This document shows positions 53,853 through 62,532 of a DNA stretch of 64,000 bases, in pieces. This DNA comes from Candidatus Peribacteria bacterium. Its GTDB lineage: Bacteria; Patescibacteriota; Gracilibacteria; Peribacterales; Peribacteraceae. The DNA lies in assembly GCA_041691135.1 (NCBI GenBank), contig JBEPVF010000004.1, forward strand, positions 29,833 through 93,832. Reading direction: 5' to 3'. Position numbers and translations under genes: made by a program. The notes beneath the pieces were generated by a model. That model ran no database searches. It worked only from the letters and a program-made list of their open reading frames with translations, and was not told where the DNA came from. Positions within the stretch are counted from its first letter, which is position 1. The number at the start of each line of letters is the position of its first letter.

Positions 53853-54216
53853 AAGCTGTTTCCCGGTCTGACGCCTGTCGTCAGACTTACCGGCTCTCTC
53901 CCTTCGTGGAGAGCAGCCGGTTTTAAAAAACTGCCCATCTTATTCACCACGATAAATAGGGTTCGTAACCACAATCGCCTGACATGATTAACCGGCCTGA
54001 TCGCAAAACAGACCCCATTGCAGTTCTGCCGCCACGCAGCTCGATGTATCAACCACATAGGCGCGATACAAAAAAACACTGAGGCCCAGCAGAAGAATAC
54101 CGAGGGTGGAGGCGAGAGCGCGCTCACTCTTCTTCATGGTTCCCTATCATAGAGGATTGGAATATGGATGCAATTGGACTACAGGATCCGCTCTTTACCC
54201 TGTATCCTAGGCGCAC

Positions 54217-55515
54217 ATGAAGGTTCTTCTGATCCTCGCCGGTCGTTCGCGCCGCTTTTGGCCTCTGAGCGAGAAGTCGCTCTTTCCGATCTGCGGGAAG
54301 CCTCTTCTCGGCCACCAACTGACCCGTCTGCGGGAAGCAGGTTTCGATGACATCACGCTGGTTGGCGGATCGCACAATTTACCCGCCATCTCGGCCATGT
54401 TCCCCGATCTGCCGACTATTGAGCAGGAAAAACTAGACCTGGGTATGCAGGGGGCATTTTTGAGTGGCCTGCCCAGCATGGGCAATGGGCCGGTACTCGT
54501 CGTCGGTTCAAATGACATTATTGAAACATCAGCATTTGAGGAACTGCGCAAAGCGGCAAGCGAACGTGGCGTCGCCGGCGCGCTGCTGGCCCAGCGTGTG
54601 CAACGGTACTTCCCGGGCGGCTATCTGAAGGTAATCGATGGTAGCATCCAGTCAATTGTAGAAAAACCAGGTGAAGGAAATGAGCCGAGCGACCTCGTGA
54701 ACATTGTCGCGCACATCCACAATAAGCCGGCGGAACTTTTGGAAGAACTGCGCAAAGTACATAGCGATCGCGACGACGGCTACGAACAGGCGCTTGCTAA
54801 GCTCTTCCCACACCACGTCTACCGCGCGGTCCCCTACGAAGGGGATTGGCAAGCCGTAAAGTATAGCTGGCATCTGTTGCATTTATTGCCGCTCTTACTC
54901 AAAGATGTAAAATCCTCCATCCATCCGACCGCACAGATCCACCCAACTGCCGTGATTGATGGACAAGTGATCATCGAAGAAGGAACGCGCGTTCTGCCCC
55001 ACGCCACCATCGTCGGCCCGAGTTACATCGGCCGCGGCACAACGATCGGCAACAACGCACTGGTCCGTGGCTCATCGATCGGCAACCACTGTGTGATCGG
55101 TTACAACACGGAGGTGAAGGGCAGCGTACTCGCCAACCATATTTGGACGCACAGTACATATCTCGGCGACAGTGTGGTGGCAGACAACGTCGCCTTCGGC
55201 GGCGGTTGCATCGCCGGGAATATGCGTCTGGACGAAGAAGAGATCCATTCGCTGTGGGACGGCTCGCAACTGCCGAGCGGACTCACTAAGTTTGGCGCGA
55301 TTATCGGCGAGAACTCCCGACTGGGGATCCAGGTTGGCATGAACCCCGGCATTAAAATCGGCGCCGGCACGTTTGTCGCCGGTGGCACCTACGTGACTCA
55401 AGATGTAGAAGATCACTCATTTGTGTATACAAAAGACGGCAAACTGACGATCAAACCCAATGAATCGCAGGCGCCGATTCCCGCCGCCCGGGACAAGTAT
55501 CGTAAGACGATTTAA
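54217..55515 (+). CDS. GlmU-like sugar-1-phosphate nucleotidyltransferase with C-terminal left-handed beta-helix (hexapeptide) domain
   Basis: N-terminus KVLLILAGRSRRFWPLS (NTP_transferase G-rich loop). The C-terminal half carries hexapeptide repeats (IHPTAVIDGQVIIEEGTRVLPHATIVGPSYIGRGTTIGNNALVRGSSIGNHCVIG). Substrate not assignable. Confidence 0.75.
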   Translation: MKVLLILAGRSRRFWPLSEKSLFPICGKPLLGHQLTRLREAGFDDITLVGGSHNLPAISAMFPDLPTIEQEKLDLGMQGAFLSGLPSMGNGPVLVVGSNDIIETSAFEELRKAASERGVAGALLAQRVQRYFPGGYLKVIDGSIQSIVEKPGEGNEPSDLVNIVAHIHNKPAELLEELRKVHSDRDDGYEQALAKLFPHHVYRAVPYEGDWQAVKYSWHLLHLLPLLLKDVKSSIHPTAQIHPTAVIDGQVIIEEGTRVLPHATIVGPSYIGRGTTIGNNALVRGSSIGNHCVIGYNTEVKGSVLANHIWTHSTYLGDSVVADNVAFGGGCIAGNMRLDEEEIHSLWDGSQLPSGLTKFGAIIGENSRLGIQVGMNPGIKIGAGTFVAGGTYVTQDVEDHSFVYTKDGKLTIKPNESQAPIPAARDKYRKTI

Positions 55516-55560
55516 ACCCTATAAAATAGGCGTATTAGGCTGTAGGATACTTTTCGTCTG

Positions 55561-55940
55561 TTTTCCACATAGTTATCCACACCCTGTGGATAACCAAGAC
55601 TTCTCCACTTATCCACAGGCACTGTGGATAACTTTTTTACACAGGCCTGCTTCGCCAGCAGGGGTTGTCCACATAAAAATAGACTTTTTGTTATCTGGAA
55701 GCCAAAACAGTAATTTTGAATCCAGCACTCATCTTTGGATTTTCATTTCGATACTTATCCACATGCCTCCCACACAACTCTTGTATACAACCTATGCGAA
55801 CTTTCTCTTCTGTAAGACAAATGTAAAAAATCTTTACAAGCACTTTCCACAGAATACACTCTGATTATCGGTGGTTGGGAAGAGGTCATGATTACTACTA
55901 ATTCAATATATTAAATTATCTATTTATATAATAAGGATTT
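55561..55940. other. oriC-like region: DnaA-box cluster plus AT-rich unwinding element upstream of dnaN
   Basis: Five perfect TTATCCACA boxes: 55573-55581 (+), 55585-55593 (-), 55609-55617 (+), 55623-55631 (-) and 55755-55763 (+). Near-boxes at 55561-55569, 55665-55673 and 55843-55851. A stretch of ~80% A+T at 55891-55940 ends at the dnaN ATG. Confidence 0.8.
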
Positions 55941-57098
55941 ATGAAATTTTCCTGCAACACACCGGATCTTCTGAACGCGTTGCACTTGGTACATCGTGCA
56001 ATTGGAAATCAACAAGCACTTCCTATTCTTGGAAATGTACTTTTAGAAGTGCAGGGAAATGTCTGCACACTCAGTGCAACGGATTTGGAACTAAGTATTA
56101 TCACAAAATTTCCAGCCACCATTGAATCAGAAGGACGCATTACAATTCCCGCCAAGGCAATAGTGAACTTTGCACAATACAATACAGATCCAGAGGTCAC
56201 TATTGAGGTGGTAAATGAATCACAGGTGCGTTGTGTTTCAAAGCATGCCAAAACAGTCATTGGGGGTGAATCGGCGAGTGATTACCCAACCATTACAGCA
56301 ATGGAGAAACAACAGTCATTCACATTGGAAATTGATTCCTTCCTACATGCTCTACATCTGGTGACATTCGCCTCGGCAAAAACCAGCCTGCGACCGGTTC
56401 TCTCGGGTGTGTATTTGAAGGGCGAGGGCGACAAGGTGGTGATGGTGGCGACGGACAGTTACCGGTTATCAGAGTGCAGGATTCCCGCCAGTGGCATAGC
56501 GGCCGAGCTGACTTGTATTATTCCCACGAAGATTTTGGATGAGGTGAAGGTAATTCTCAGTTCAGCCAAAGGGGATAAGAAAAAAGAGAAGGGCGAGGAG
56601 AAGCCAGTAGAGAATCCAGTGGTGACGACGGAGGTCATTCTCAGTCGCCAGCAGGTGGAGTTTCAAATAGGAAATACGCGCCTTTTGTCGCGCCTTATTG
56701 ACGGCAAGTTTCCGGATTATCATCAGATCATCCCCAAGGAATACCAGACGACCGTTGAATTCTCGGTGGCCGAACTGCTGCCGACCGTGCGGCGTATGCA
56801 CTACTTTGCCAAGGAAATTAACAATAACCTCACATTTAGCCTGGAAAAGGAGCAGGTAAAGATAGCGACCCCACAGACCCAAATAGGCAAAGATGAAGCA
56901 TATTTGGCTGCGACCATCGAAGGAGGCGAGAATAAGATTGCGCTTAGCTCCTCCTATCTATTAGACTTCCTGGGACACATCGATGCGGAAAAGGTAGTCA
57001 TGCAGATGAGTGATAGTCAGCGTCCGGCCATCTTCCGTTTGCCGGACGAAAGTGATTTTCTTCACCTCATCATGCCACTGCGAATGCAGGAATCGTAA
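55941..57098 (+). CDS. dnaN: DNA polymerase III beta sliding clamp
   Basis: MKFSCNTPDLLNALHLVHRAIG...LPILGNVLLEV, three-domain length (385 aa) and a C-terminal LIMPLRM. Confidence 0.95.
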   Translation: MKFSCNTPDLLNALHLVHRAIGNQQALPILGNVLLEVQGNVCTLSATDLELSIITKFPATIESEGRITIPAKAIVNFAQYNTDPEVTIEVVNESQVRCVSKHAKTVIGGESASDYPTITAMEKQQSFTLEIDSFLHALHLVTFASAKTSLRPVLSGVYLKGEGDKVVMVATDSYRLSECRIPASGIAAELTCIIPTKILDEVKVILSSAKGDKKKEKGEEKPVENPVVTTEVILSRQQVEFQIGNTRLLSRLIDGKFPDYHQIIPKEYQTTVEFSVAELLPTVRRMHYFAKEINNNLTFSLEKEQVKIATPQTQIGKDEAYLAATIEGGENKIALSSSYLLDFLGHIDAEKVVMQMSDSQRPAIFRLPDESDFLHLIMPLRMQES

Positions 57099-57197
57099 AT
57101 CGTGTCTTCTTTTCATTCTTCGTATAGAAAGTACTTCATTGCGCGCTAGAAATAGAGAATTGGCGGCAATGGAGCAGAGTCATCATTTTTTTTGGTC

Positions 57198-60100
57198 ATG
57201 AAGTCTTCTCTCCTTCTCGGGAAGGATACACATCGGGAATTGAGCGACCTGCTCCGGTCTGATCGGAAGCTGGTGATTTCGGGTGCGTCCAACGAGACGG
57301 CCAAGGCCCTTCTACTCTCGCATCTTTTGGGGTTCCATAATCAGCCCTGTTTACTCGTCACGCAGAACGAAGCCGGGCGCGAAGCGCTCCAGCACTGGTT
57401 ACACTTTTTTGAGTGTGAGGCGCATGTTCTGTCGCCGGTGCAGGATGCCGAGGACCGGGTGATCCCCGCCCACCTGCAGATGTATATGTTCCTGATGCAG
57501 GGAAATGGAATGCAGGGCGATAAGCATCCGATTTTTATTATCACGCGCGATGAATGGGGGGTGGAATTTCCGTTGTTCACCGAGATGCAGCAGCGCAGTA
57601 TCAGCCTCAAGCAAGGCGAGCCCATGAACTTCACCGCTCTTTTTGAATCATTCATTGATCGTGGTTACCGCCATGGTGATGACTTATATCTGAGTCCCGG
57701 CGAGTACCGTCGTATAGGCGACACGCTTGATATCTTTCCCATTCAATCGGCGGCGCCATACCGTGTCACGTTTGATTTCGACAAGGTCGACAAAATCCTG
57801 CAGGTGGATATGACGGACTACTCGAAAACCACGGATGTGGGAACGACGCTGATGATCGCACCGGTTGTGTACAGCACTACAAAGCTTCTTGAGCATCAGT
57901 TGCCCAAACAAGTGCTGCTGGTCCTGGATGATCAGGATGAGGTACCGGCACCGGCCGGAGCGGAGACGCTGCGTTTCACATCCTTTCCTGAATCACAGGA
58001 TCATCACGCGCACTTGCGCTATCTGTCGGTCCTGAAATTCTACACCCTCACTGACTTCTTGAATGACGTCCGTGACAAGCTCCAGCAGAACTGGCGGCTG
58101 ATTGTCGTCACCAAGCGGAGCGACGAGCTACAGGGCATCCTGAAGGAAGAGAAGGTGCCATTTTCGCTGGAAGACGAATCGCGGCAGGGGGCGATGACGC
58201 TCATTCATGCCAAAGAGGACGATCTGCTCCCCCACTCGCTGCAGAATCCGGATCTCCAATGCGCACTTCTCACCGACCGCGAGATTTTCTCGCTCAAGAA
58301 AGCGGGCAAGCAGCGCAGTGTGCAGAAACTGGCGCTCGACTTCATCACGTCACTTCAGGCCGGAGACTATGTGGTGCATATGGACCACGGTATCGGGCAC
58401 TTCGAAGGCATGACGCAGAAGACGGTGGATGAGGTGACGCGCGAATACCTGGAACTCAGTTACGCCGGCGGCGATAAATTGTTTATTCCGGTGGACCAGG
58501 CCGACAAGCTGAGCAAGTTCGTCCATGAAGAAGGTGAAGAGCCGGTGCTCACGCGGCTCGGAACGATTGAATGGAAGAAGGTGTCTGAAAAGATGCGTCA
58601 GGAGACGAAAGAAATTGCGAAAGAATTGCTGAATTTGTACGCCCAGCGGGCAAAGGCGAAGGGGCATAGTTATCCAGAGGATTCGGATATGCTGCGTAAA
58701 TTCGAGGCCAATTTCCCATATCAGGAAACACCTGGTCAGATGAAAGCGATTCAGGACATCAAGGCTGACATGGAGAGCGAGCACCCGATGGACCGTCTCG
58801 TCTGCGGCGATGTGGGATTTGGAAAAACGGAAGTCGCGATGCGTGCCGCGTTCAAGGCCGCCGCGTCGGGCAAGCAGGTCGCGGTGATCGCGCCGATCAC
58901 CATCTTGGCCGACCAACATTACCGAAACTTCGAAGACCGTATGAAGGGTTTCCCGCTCAAGGTGGAAATGCTCAGCCGCTTCCGCAGTGCCGCGCAGCAG
59001 AAAGTGATTCTGGAAAAATTGCGCAAAGGCGATGTCGATATTGTTATTGGCACGCATCGGTTGCTGCAGGACGATGTGAAATTCTTGAATCTGGGACTGG
59101 TGATCATCGATGAAGAGCAGCGCTTCGGCGTGAAGCAGAAGGAAAAATTCAAAGAAATGCGCTCATCAGTTGATATTCTCACGCTCACGGCAACACCCAT
59201 TCCGCGCACGCTGAATTTGGGTCTGCACAAATTGCGCGACATCACGACGATCACGACGCCACCACCCGGACGCCTGCCGATCATCACCGAAGTGCGAAAA
59301 TATTCCGATGAACTCGTGCGCCAGGCGATCCTGGCCGAGGTCAAACGCGACGGACAGTGTTTCGTTCTCCATAACCGCGTCGAGACGATCGATGCATTCG
59401 CCGACAAGCTGCGCGCCCTCATTCCTGAAGCGACATTCATCGTCGGACACGGGCAACTGAAGCCGGAACAGTTGGAAGAACGCATCGTGGCGTTCAAGGC
59501 GGGCAAGTACAACGTCCTTGTCAGTTCCACCATCATCGAGAACGGCATCGACTTGCCGCGCGCCAATACGCTGATTGTAAATGAGGCGGAGCGGTTTGGA
59601 CTGAGCCAGTTGTACCAGCTGCGTGGCCGTGTGGGCCGTGGGAAGGTCCAGGCGTACGCGTACTTCCTCTACCATACCCAGCGCCTCAAAGACGACGCCA
59701 AGAAGCGTCTGCGCGCGATTGTGGAGGCATGTGAACTCGGGTCGGGATTCCAAGTGGCGATGCGCGACCTGGAGATCCGCGGCGCCGGCGAAATTCTGGG
59801 CGCGAGTCAGTCGGGTACGATGCAGACGGTGGGAGTGAGTCACTACCTGCGCATGCTCAAGCAGGCGGTGGAAGAACTGAAAGGCGGCAAGCGCGACGAA
59901 GTGGAAGCCGAAGTGGAAGTGGAGATCCAACTTCCGGTCGAGGCATTCATTCCATCATTCTATGTGCCGGATGATCAGGAAAAAATTTCGGTGTACCAAA
60001 AGCTGGCTGGCTCAGAAGACGAAGCGATTCTTTCCGAATTCGATGCCGACCTTCGCGACGAGTACGGCGAACCGCCCGAGCAGGTGAAGGATCTGTTCCG

Positions 60101-60404
60101 CATCCTGCGACTCAAGATGGCCGCCCGGCGGGCCGGTGTGCAGCGCATCAAGATGGAAGACCGCAGTGCAGGCGGCGACATTGTCCTCACGCTGAGTCCT
60201 CATGTGACGGCCGCCGAGATCATGCAGCTTCTGCGCGTCAACTCACTCTGGAAGATCAGCGGCACCACACTCCGCATCGGTTTCCAGACCATGCAGAACA
60301 AAGCTAAAGGAAAGCATTGGTTGGAGGAATTATCTGAAGAAATCACATTATTGCGGAAGGAGAAGAAGCCAAAAAAAGAGAAGAAAGAAGAAGTGGAGGC
60401 ATAA
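57198..60404 (+). CDS. mfd: transcription-repair coupling factor Mfd
   Basis: CarD/RID block GDYVVHMDHGIGHF, Walker A GDVGFGKTEVA, DEEQRFGV, helicase C (GRVGRG) and a TRCF C-terminal domain. ATG at 57198; the track starts at a TTG at 57192. Confidence 0.95.
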   Translation: MKSSLLLGKDTHRELSDLLRSDRKLVISGASNETAKALLLSHLLGFHNQPCLLVTQNEAGREALQHWLHFFECEAHVLSPVQDAEDRVIPAHLQMYMFLMQGNGMQGDKHPIFIITRDEWGVEFPLFTEMQQRSISLKQGEPMNFTALFESFIDRGYRHGDDLYLSPGEYRRIGDTLDIFPIQSAAPYRVTFDFDKVDKILQVDMTDYSKTTDVGTTLMIAPVVYSTTKLLEHQLPKQVLLVLDDQDEVPAPAGAETLRFTSFPESQDHHAHLRYLSVLKFYTLTDFLNDVRDKLQQNWRLIVVTKRSDELQGILKEEKVPFSLEDESRQGAMTLIHAKEDDLLPHSLQNPDLQCALLTDREIFSLKKAGKQRSVQKLALDFITSLQAGDYVVHMDHGIGHFEGMTQKTVDEVTREYLELSYAGGDKLFIPVDQADKLSKFVHEEGEEPVLTRLGTIEWKKVSEKMRQETKEIAKELLNLYAQRAKAKGHSYPEDSDMLRKFEANFPYQETPGQMKAIQDIKADMESEHPMDRLVCGDVGFGKTEVAMRAAFKAAASGKQVAVIAPITILADQHYRNFEDRMKGFPLKVEMLSRFRSAAQQKVILEKLRKGDVDIVIGTHRLLQDDVKFLNLGLVIIDEEQRFGVKQKEKFKEMRSSVDILTLTATPIPRTLNLGLHKLRDITTITTPPPGRLPIITEVRKYSDELVRQAILAEVKRDGQCFVLHNRVETIDAFADKLRALIPEATFIVGHGQLKPEQLEERIVAFKAGKYNVLVSSTIIENGIDLPRANTLIVNEAERFGLSQLYQLRGRVGRGKVQAYAYFLYHTQRLKDDAKKRLRAIVEACELGSGFQVAMRDLEIRGAGEILGASQSGTMQTVGVSHYLRMLKQAVEELKGGKRDEVEAEVEVEIQLPVEAFIPSFYVPDDQEKISVYQKLAGSEDEAILSEFDADLRDEYGEPPEQVKDLFRILRLKMAARRAGVQRIKMEDRSAGGDIVLTLSPHVTAAEIMQLLRVNSLWKISGTTLRIGFQTMQNKAKGKHWLEELSEEITLLRKEKKPKKEKKEEVEA

Positions 60405-60434
60405 AGATCGCCTCTCCTCGCACTCTCTGCATGC

Positions 60435-60465
60435 TTTTGCTCGCCATTGAGCAAAATCCTATTTT
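60435..60465 (+). terminator. possible intrinsic terminator after mfd
   Basis: TTTTGCTC-gccatt-GAGCAAAA stem followed by TCCTATTTT. The U-tract is interrupted. Confidence 0.45.
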
Positions 60466-60485
60466 CGGCTATACTATAAAGAAAC

Positions 60486-60818
60486 ATGACAAAAACAGAC
60501 CCGCCACGTATTCCAACCGGCCAAGAGCTCTTCGATTCGATCATGGAGCACATTGAGCCCGAGCTCACATCACAAGGTGTGAAGAAATTGGCAGAAACAT
60601 ATAAAAATGAAACACCTGCTGATCAGGCTACGCGAAAGCAGCGCTACGAGCTGGCGTTCGAACGGTATGAGCAGGCATATCAGGGATACTTGGATACGTT
60701 GCAGGCACAAGTTGAGCGCTACCGGCATGAATCATTCCGACAAGTGGAACTGGAAGATCAAAATAAGGAGCAGAGTGTCATGCAACGGTTACAGCAATCT
60801 ATTTTTCAAATCGCCTAA
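60486..60818 (+). CDS. hypothetical protein (110 aa, helical/charged)
   Basis: Clean ORF. Its stop overlaps the next start (TAATG). Confidence 0.5.
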   Translation: MTKTDPPRIPTGQELFDSIMEHIEPELTSQGVKKLAETYKNETPADQATRKQRYELAFERYEQAYQGYLDTLQAQVERYRHESFRQVELEDQNKEQSVMQRLQQSIFQIA

Positions 60819-61327
60819 TGCCTTTTTCTTCTCATCCAGATTGGCACGAGCGTCGCACTCTCCGGTTTGGACCGGCATTCGGACCTGAGCAAGCTGATAG
60901 GGATATTAAAAAAATGGAAACGCAAGACACACCCGAAGCAGCTGATGCTCAGTCCAGGGAAAAGAAGGAAGACCCGGAGACAATGGACTCGTTGATGAAG
61001 AAGCGGGAGGAAAAAGTTGCAGCGCTTGATCGAAAACTCGAAGCGACGCGATCAAGGGCTGAATCGACTCCTAGCGAAGCCAAAACACTAACTGAGAGAA
61101 ATGCCAAGAACCAGGCACTTGAAACCGATCTGAATGCCGGCAAAGATGCCACACTTGTTGGATTAGCGATGCCAGACTCCCATGCTCCTGAGGCATATCC
61201 GGATCCACAGCAGGGCAAGGTGCTCACCGCCAAGGTGGAAGCCGATGTGGCGGTAGAAGGCGCGAACAAGGCGGATGATGCCAAGAAAACAGAACAGCCT
61301 AAGGGCCCGGAAACGCTGACAGCGTAA
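60818..61327 (+). CDS. hypothetical acidic coiled-coil-like protein (169 aa)
   Basis: ORF translationally coupled to the previous one. K/E/A/D-rich. Confidence 0.5.
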   Translation: MPFSSHPDWHERRTLRFGPAFGPEQADRDIKKMETQDTPEAADAQSREKKEDPETMDSLMKKREEKVAALDRKLEATRSRAESTPSEAKTLTERNAKNQALETDLNAGKDATLVGLAMPDSHAPEAYPDPQQGKVLTAKVEADVAVEGANKADDAKKTEQPKGPETLTA

Positions 61328-61393
61328 GGTGTCTGATCTCGATGCGTCACAACATGTATGGTTGAGCAGCCCGTGCGTGCACAGGTAAATCAT

Positions 61394-61669
61394 ATGAAGA
61401 CATTTTTCTGGCACCTGTTTATTTTTCTCGGAGGGATCGTCATTCTCTTAATTCTGAATACGCTCACCGGTTTTGATCTGCTGTGGTTTTTATGGCCGGC
61501 AGGAGTCTGGAGCGTATTGATACTTTTGCATGCGACGTATGCTTTCGTATTTACCCGGGCATTCGTAACCGAGCGGCAGGAAGAAAAATCCACGCAGGTG
61601 CTGGCGCAGGAAACGAATGTGGTGGAGGCGGCCAAAGAAACAGTCGCACCGGAGCTGGCGAGCAAATGA
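61394..61669 (+). CDS. 2TM-domain small membrane protein
   Basis: MKTFFWHLFIFLGGIVILLILN...LWFLWPAGVWSVLILLHATYAF has two TM helices with the 2TM-family look. Alternative ATG at 61358. Confidence 0.55.
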   Translation: MKTFFWHLFIFLGGIVILLILNTLTGFDLLWFLWPAGVWSVLILLHATYAFVFTRAFVTERQEEKSTQVLAQETNVVEAAKETVAPELASK

Positions 61670-61695
61670 CGGGTGCTGAACGGAGAGGGGGCAGA

Positions 61696-62436
61696 CTACT
61701 TTTCGTCCAGCCAGGTATAAACCAAATCGGTCGTCGATGCCGGAAGAGTGCCATCCCACTTGTCGCCCGTTGCAACAGTCGTGTCTTTGGGCGCGATGGT
61801 TTTGATGAAGTCATACTTCAGCTGTAGCGCCTTACTTTTCTTTGCACGCTCTTCGAAGGCGTCGTGGGCCAGCAGGTAGTATGCGAACGATTCGGCGAAG
61901 TCCTCGATGGGATTGGTCATCGCGTAATCGGTGACAAAGTCGCGCGTCTTGGCGTCCGGCTTCATTCTTGTCGAATCAGTCCACGAAATCGTGTAGAACG
62001 TGTAGCTCGGGTCATCACGGAATGTCGGCAGGGTGCGGAAGGTGAAGGCGGTGGATTTGCCGCGCGGATTGCCGGTGAGCGCACGAAAATCCAAAATGTG
62101 ACCGTATTCATGAATGATCGTCGCGCGCTTGGCATTCTGTTCGGCCGTCCCATCAATCCACATATCACCGTAGGTGCTGGTGAAGCCGCTCAGCTGATTG
62201 GCGTTGGTCGTGTCGTAATGGAAGTTGATCGAACGCACGTACTGTTTGGCGTTCGGTGCGATTGTACGAAAGGTGCTGAGGGCGAGGGCGCAATCGGCAG
62301 GTTCACCAGCACAGGGAATCTCGGGTGCCGGGAGTTCGGCTTGCCGTCGCAGCCGGTCGCCAATGCTGAGAGCCAGCAAAATGCCGCCAAGAAGAATTGC
62401 GGCAAAAGCCAGCCAGAAGAAACGGGAGCGACGCAT
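61696..62436 (-). CDS. membrane-anchored putative zinc metallopeptidase (HExxH)
   Basis: N-terminal TM helix, IIHEYGHILDF (HExxH), and a downstream EDFAESFAYY block typical of small Zn-peptidase-like families. Confidence 0.6.
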   Translation of the reverse strand: MRRSRFFWLAFAAILLGGILLALSIGDRLRRQAELPAPEIPCAGEPADCALALSTFRTIAPNAKQYVRSINFHYDTTNANQLSGFTSTYGDMWIDGTAEQNAKRATIIHEYGHILDFRALTGNPRGKSTAFTFRTLPTFRDDPSYTFYTISWTDSTRMKPDAKTRDFVTDYAMTNPIEDFAESFAYYLLAHDAFEERAKKSKALQLKYDFIKTIAPKDTTVATGDKWDGTLPASTTDLVYTWLDEK

Positions 62437-62532
62437 GGGGGTGAGCTGATGGTAGCGAGAGACGGGCGAAAGTCGAAGGGCGTTCGTCCGTCAGGGCTAC
62501 TCACACGCTTTTTCTGCAGGTATTCTCGTCCT

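Noticed and set aside
53988-54137. 49-aa minus-strand ORF (MKKSERALASTLGILLLGLSVFLYRAY...) with a TM helix
   Set aside because: It has only a weak GGGA upstream, no terminator, and nothing to test conservation against here. It is too speculative to list as a feature.
55460-55864. 134-aa ORF spanning the DnaA-box cluster
   Set aside because: It overlaps the 3' end of the GlmU-like gene and consists of translated DnaA boxes (YPHPVDN, YPQALWIT). Origin DNA explains the sequence better.
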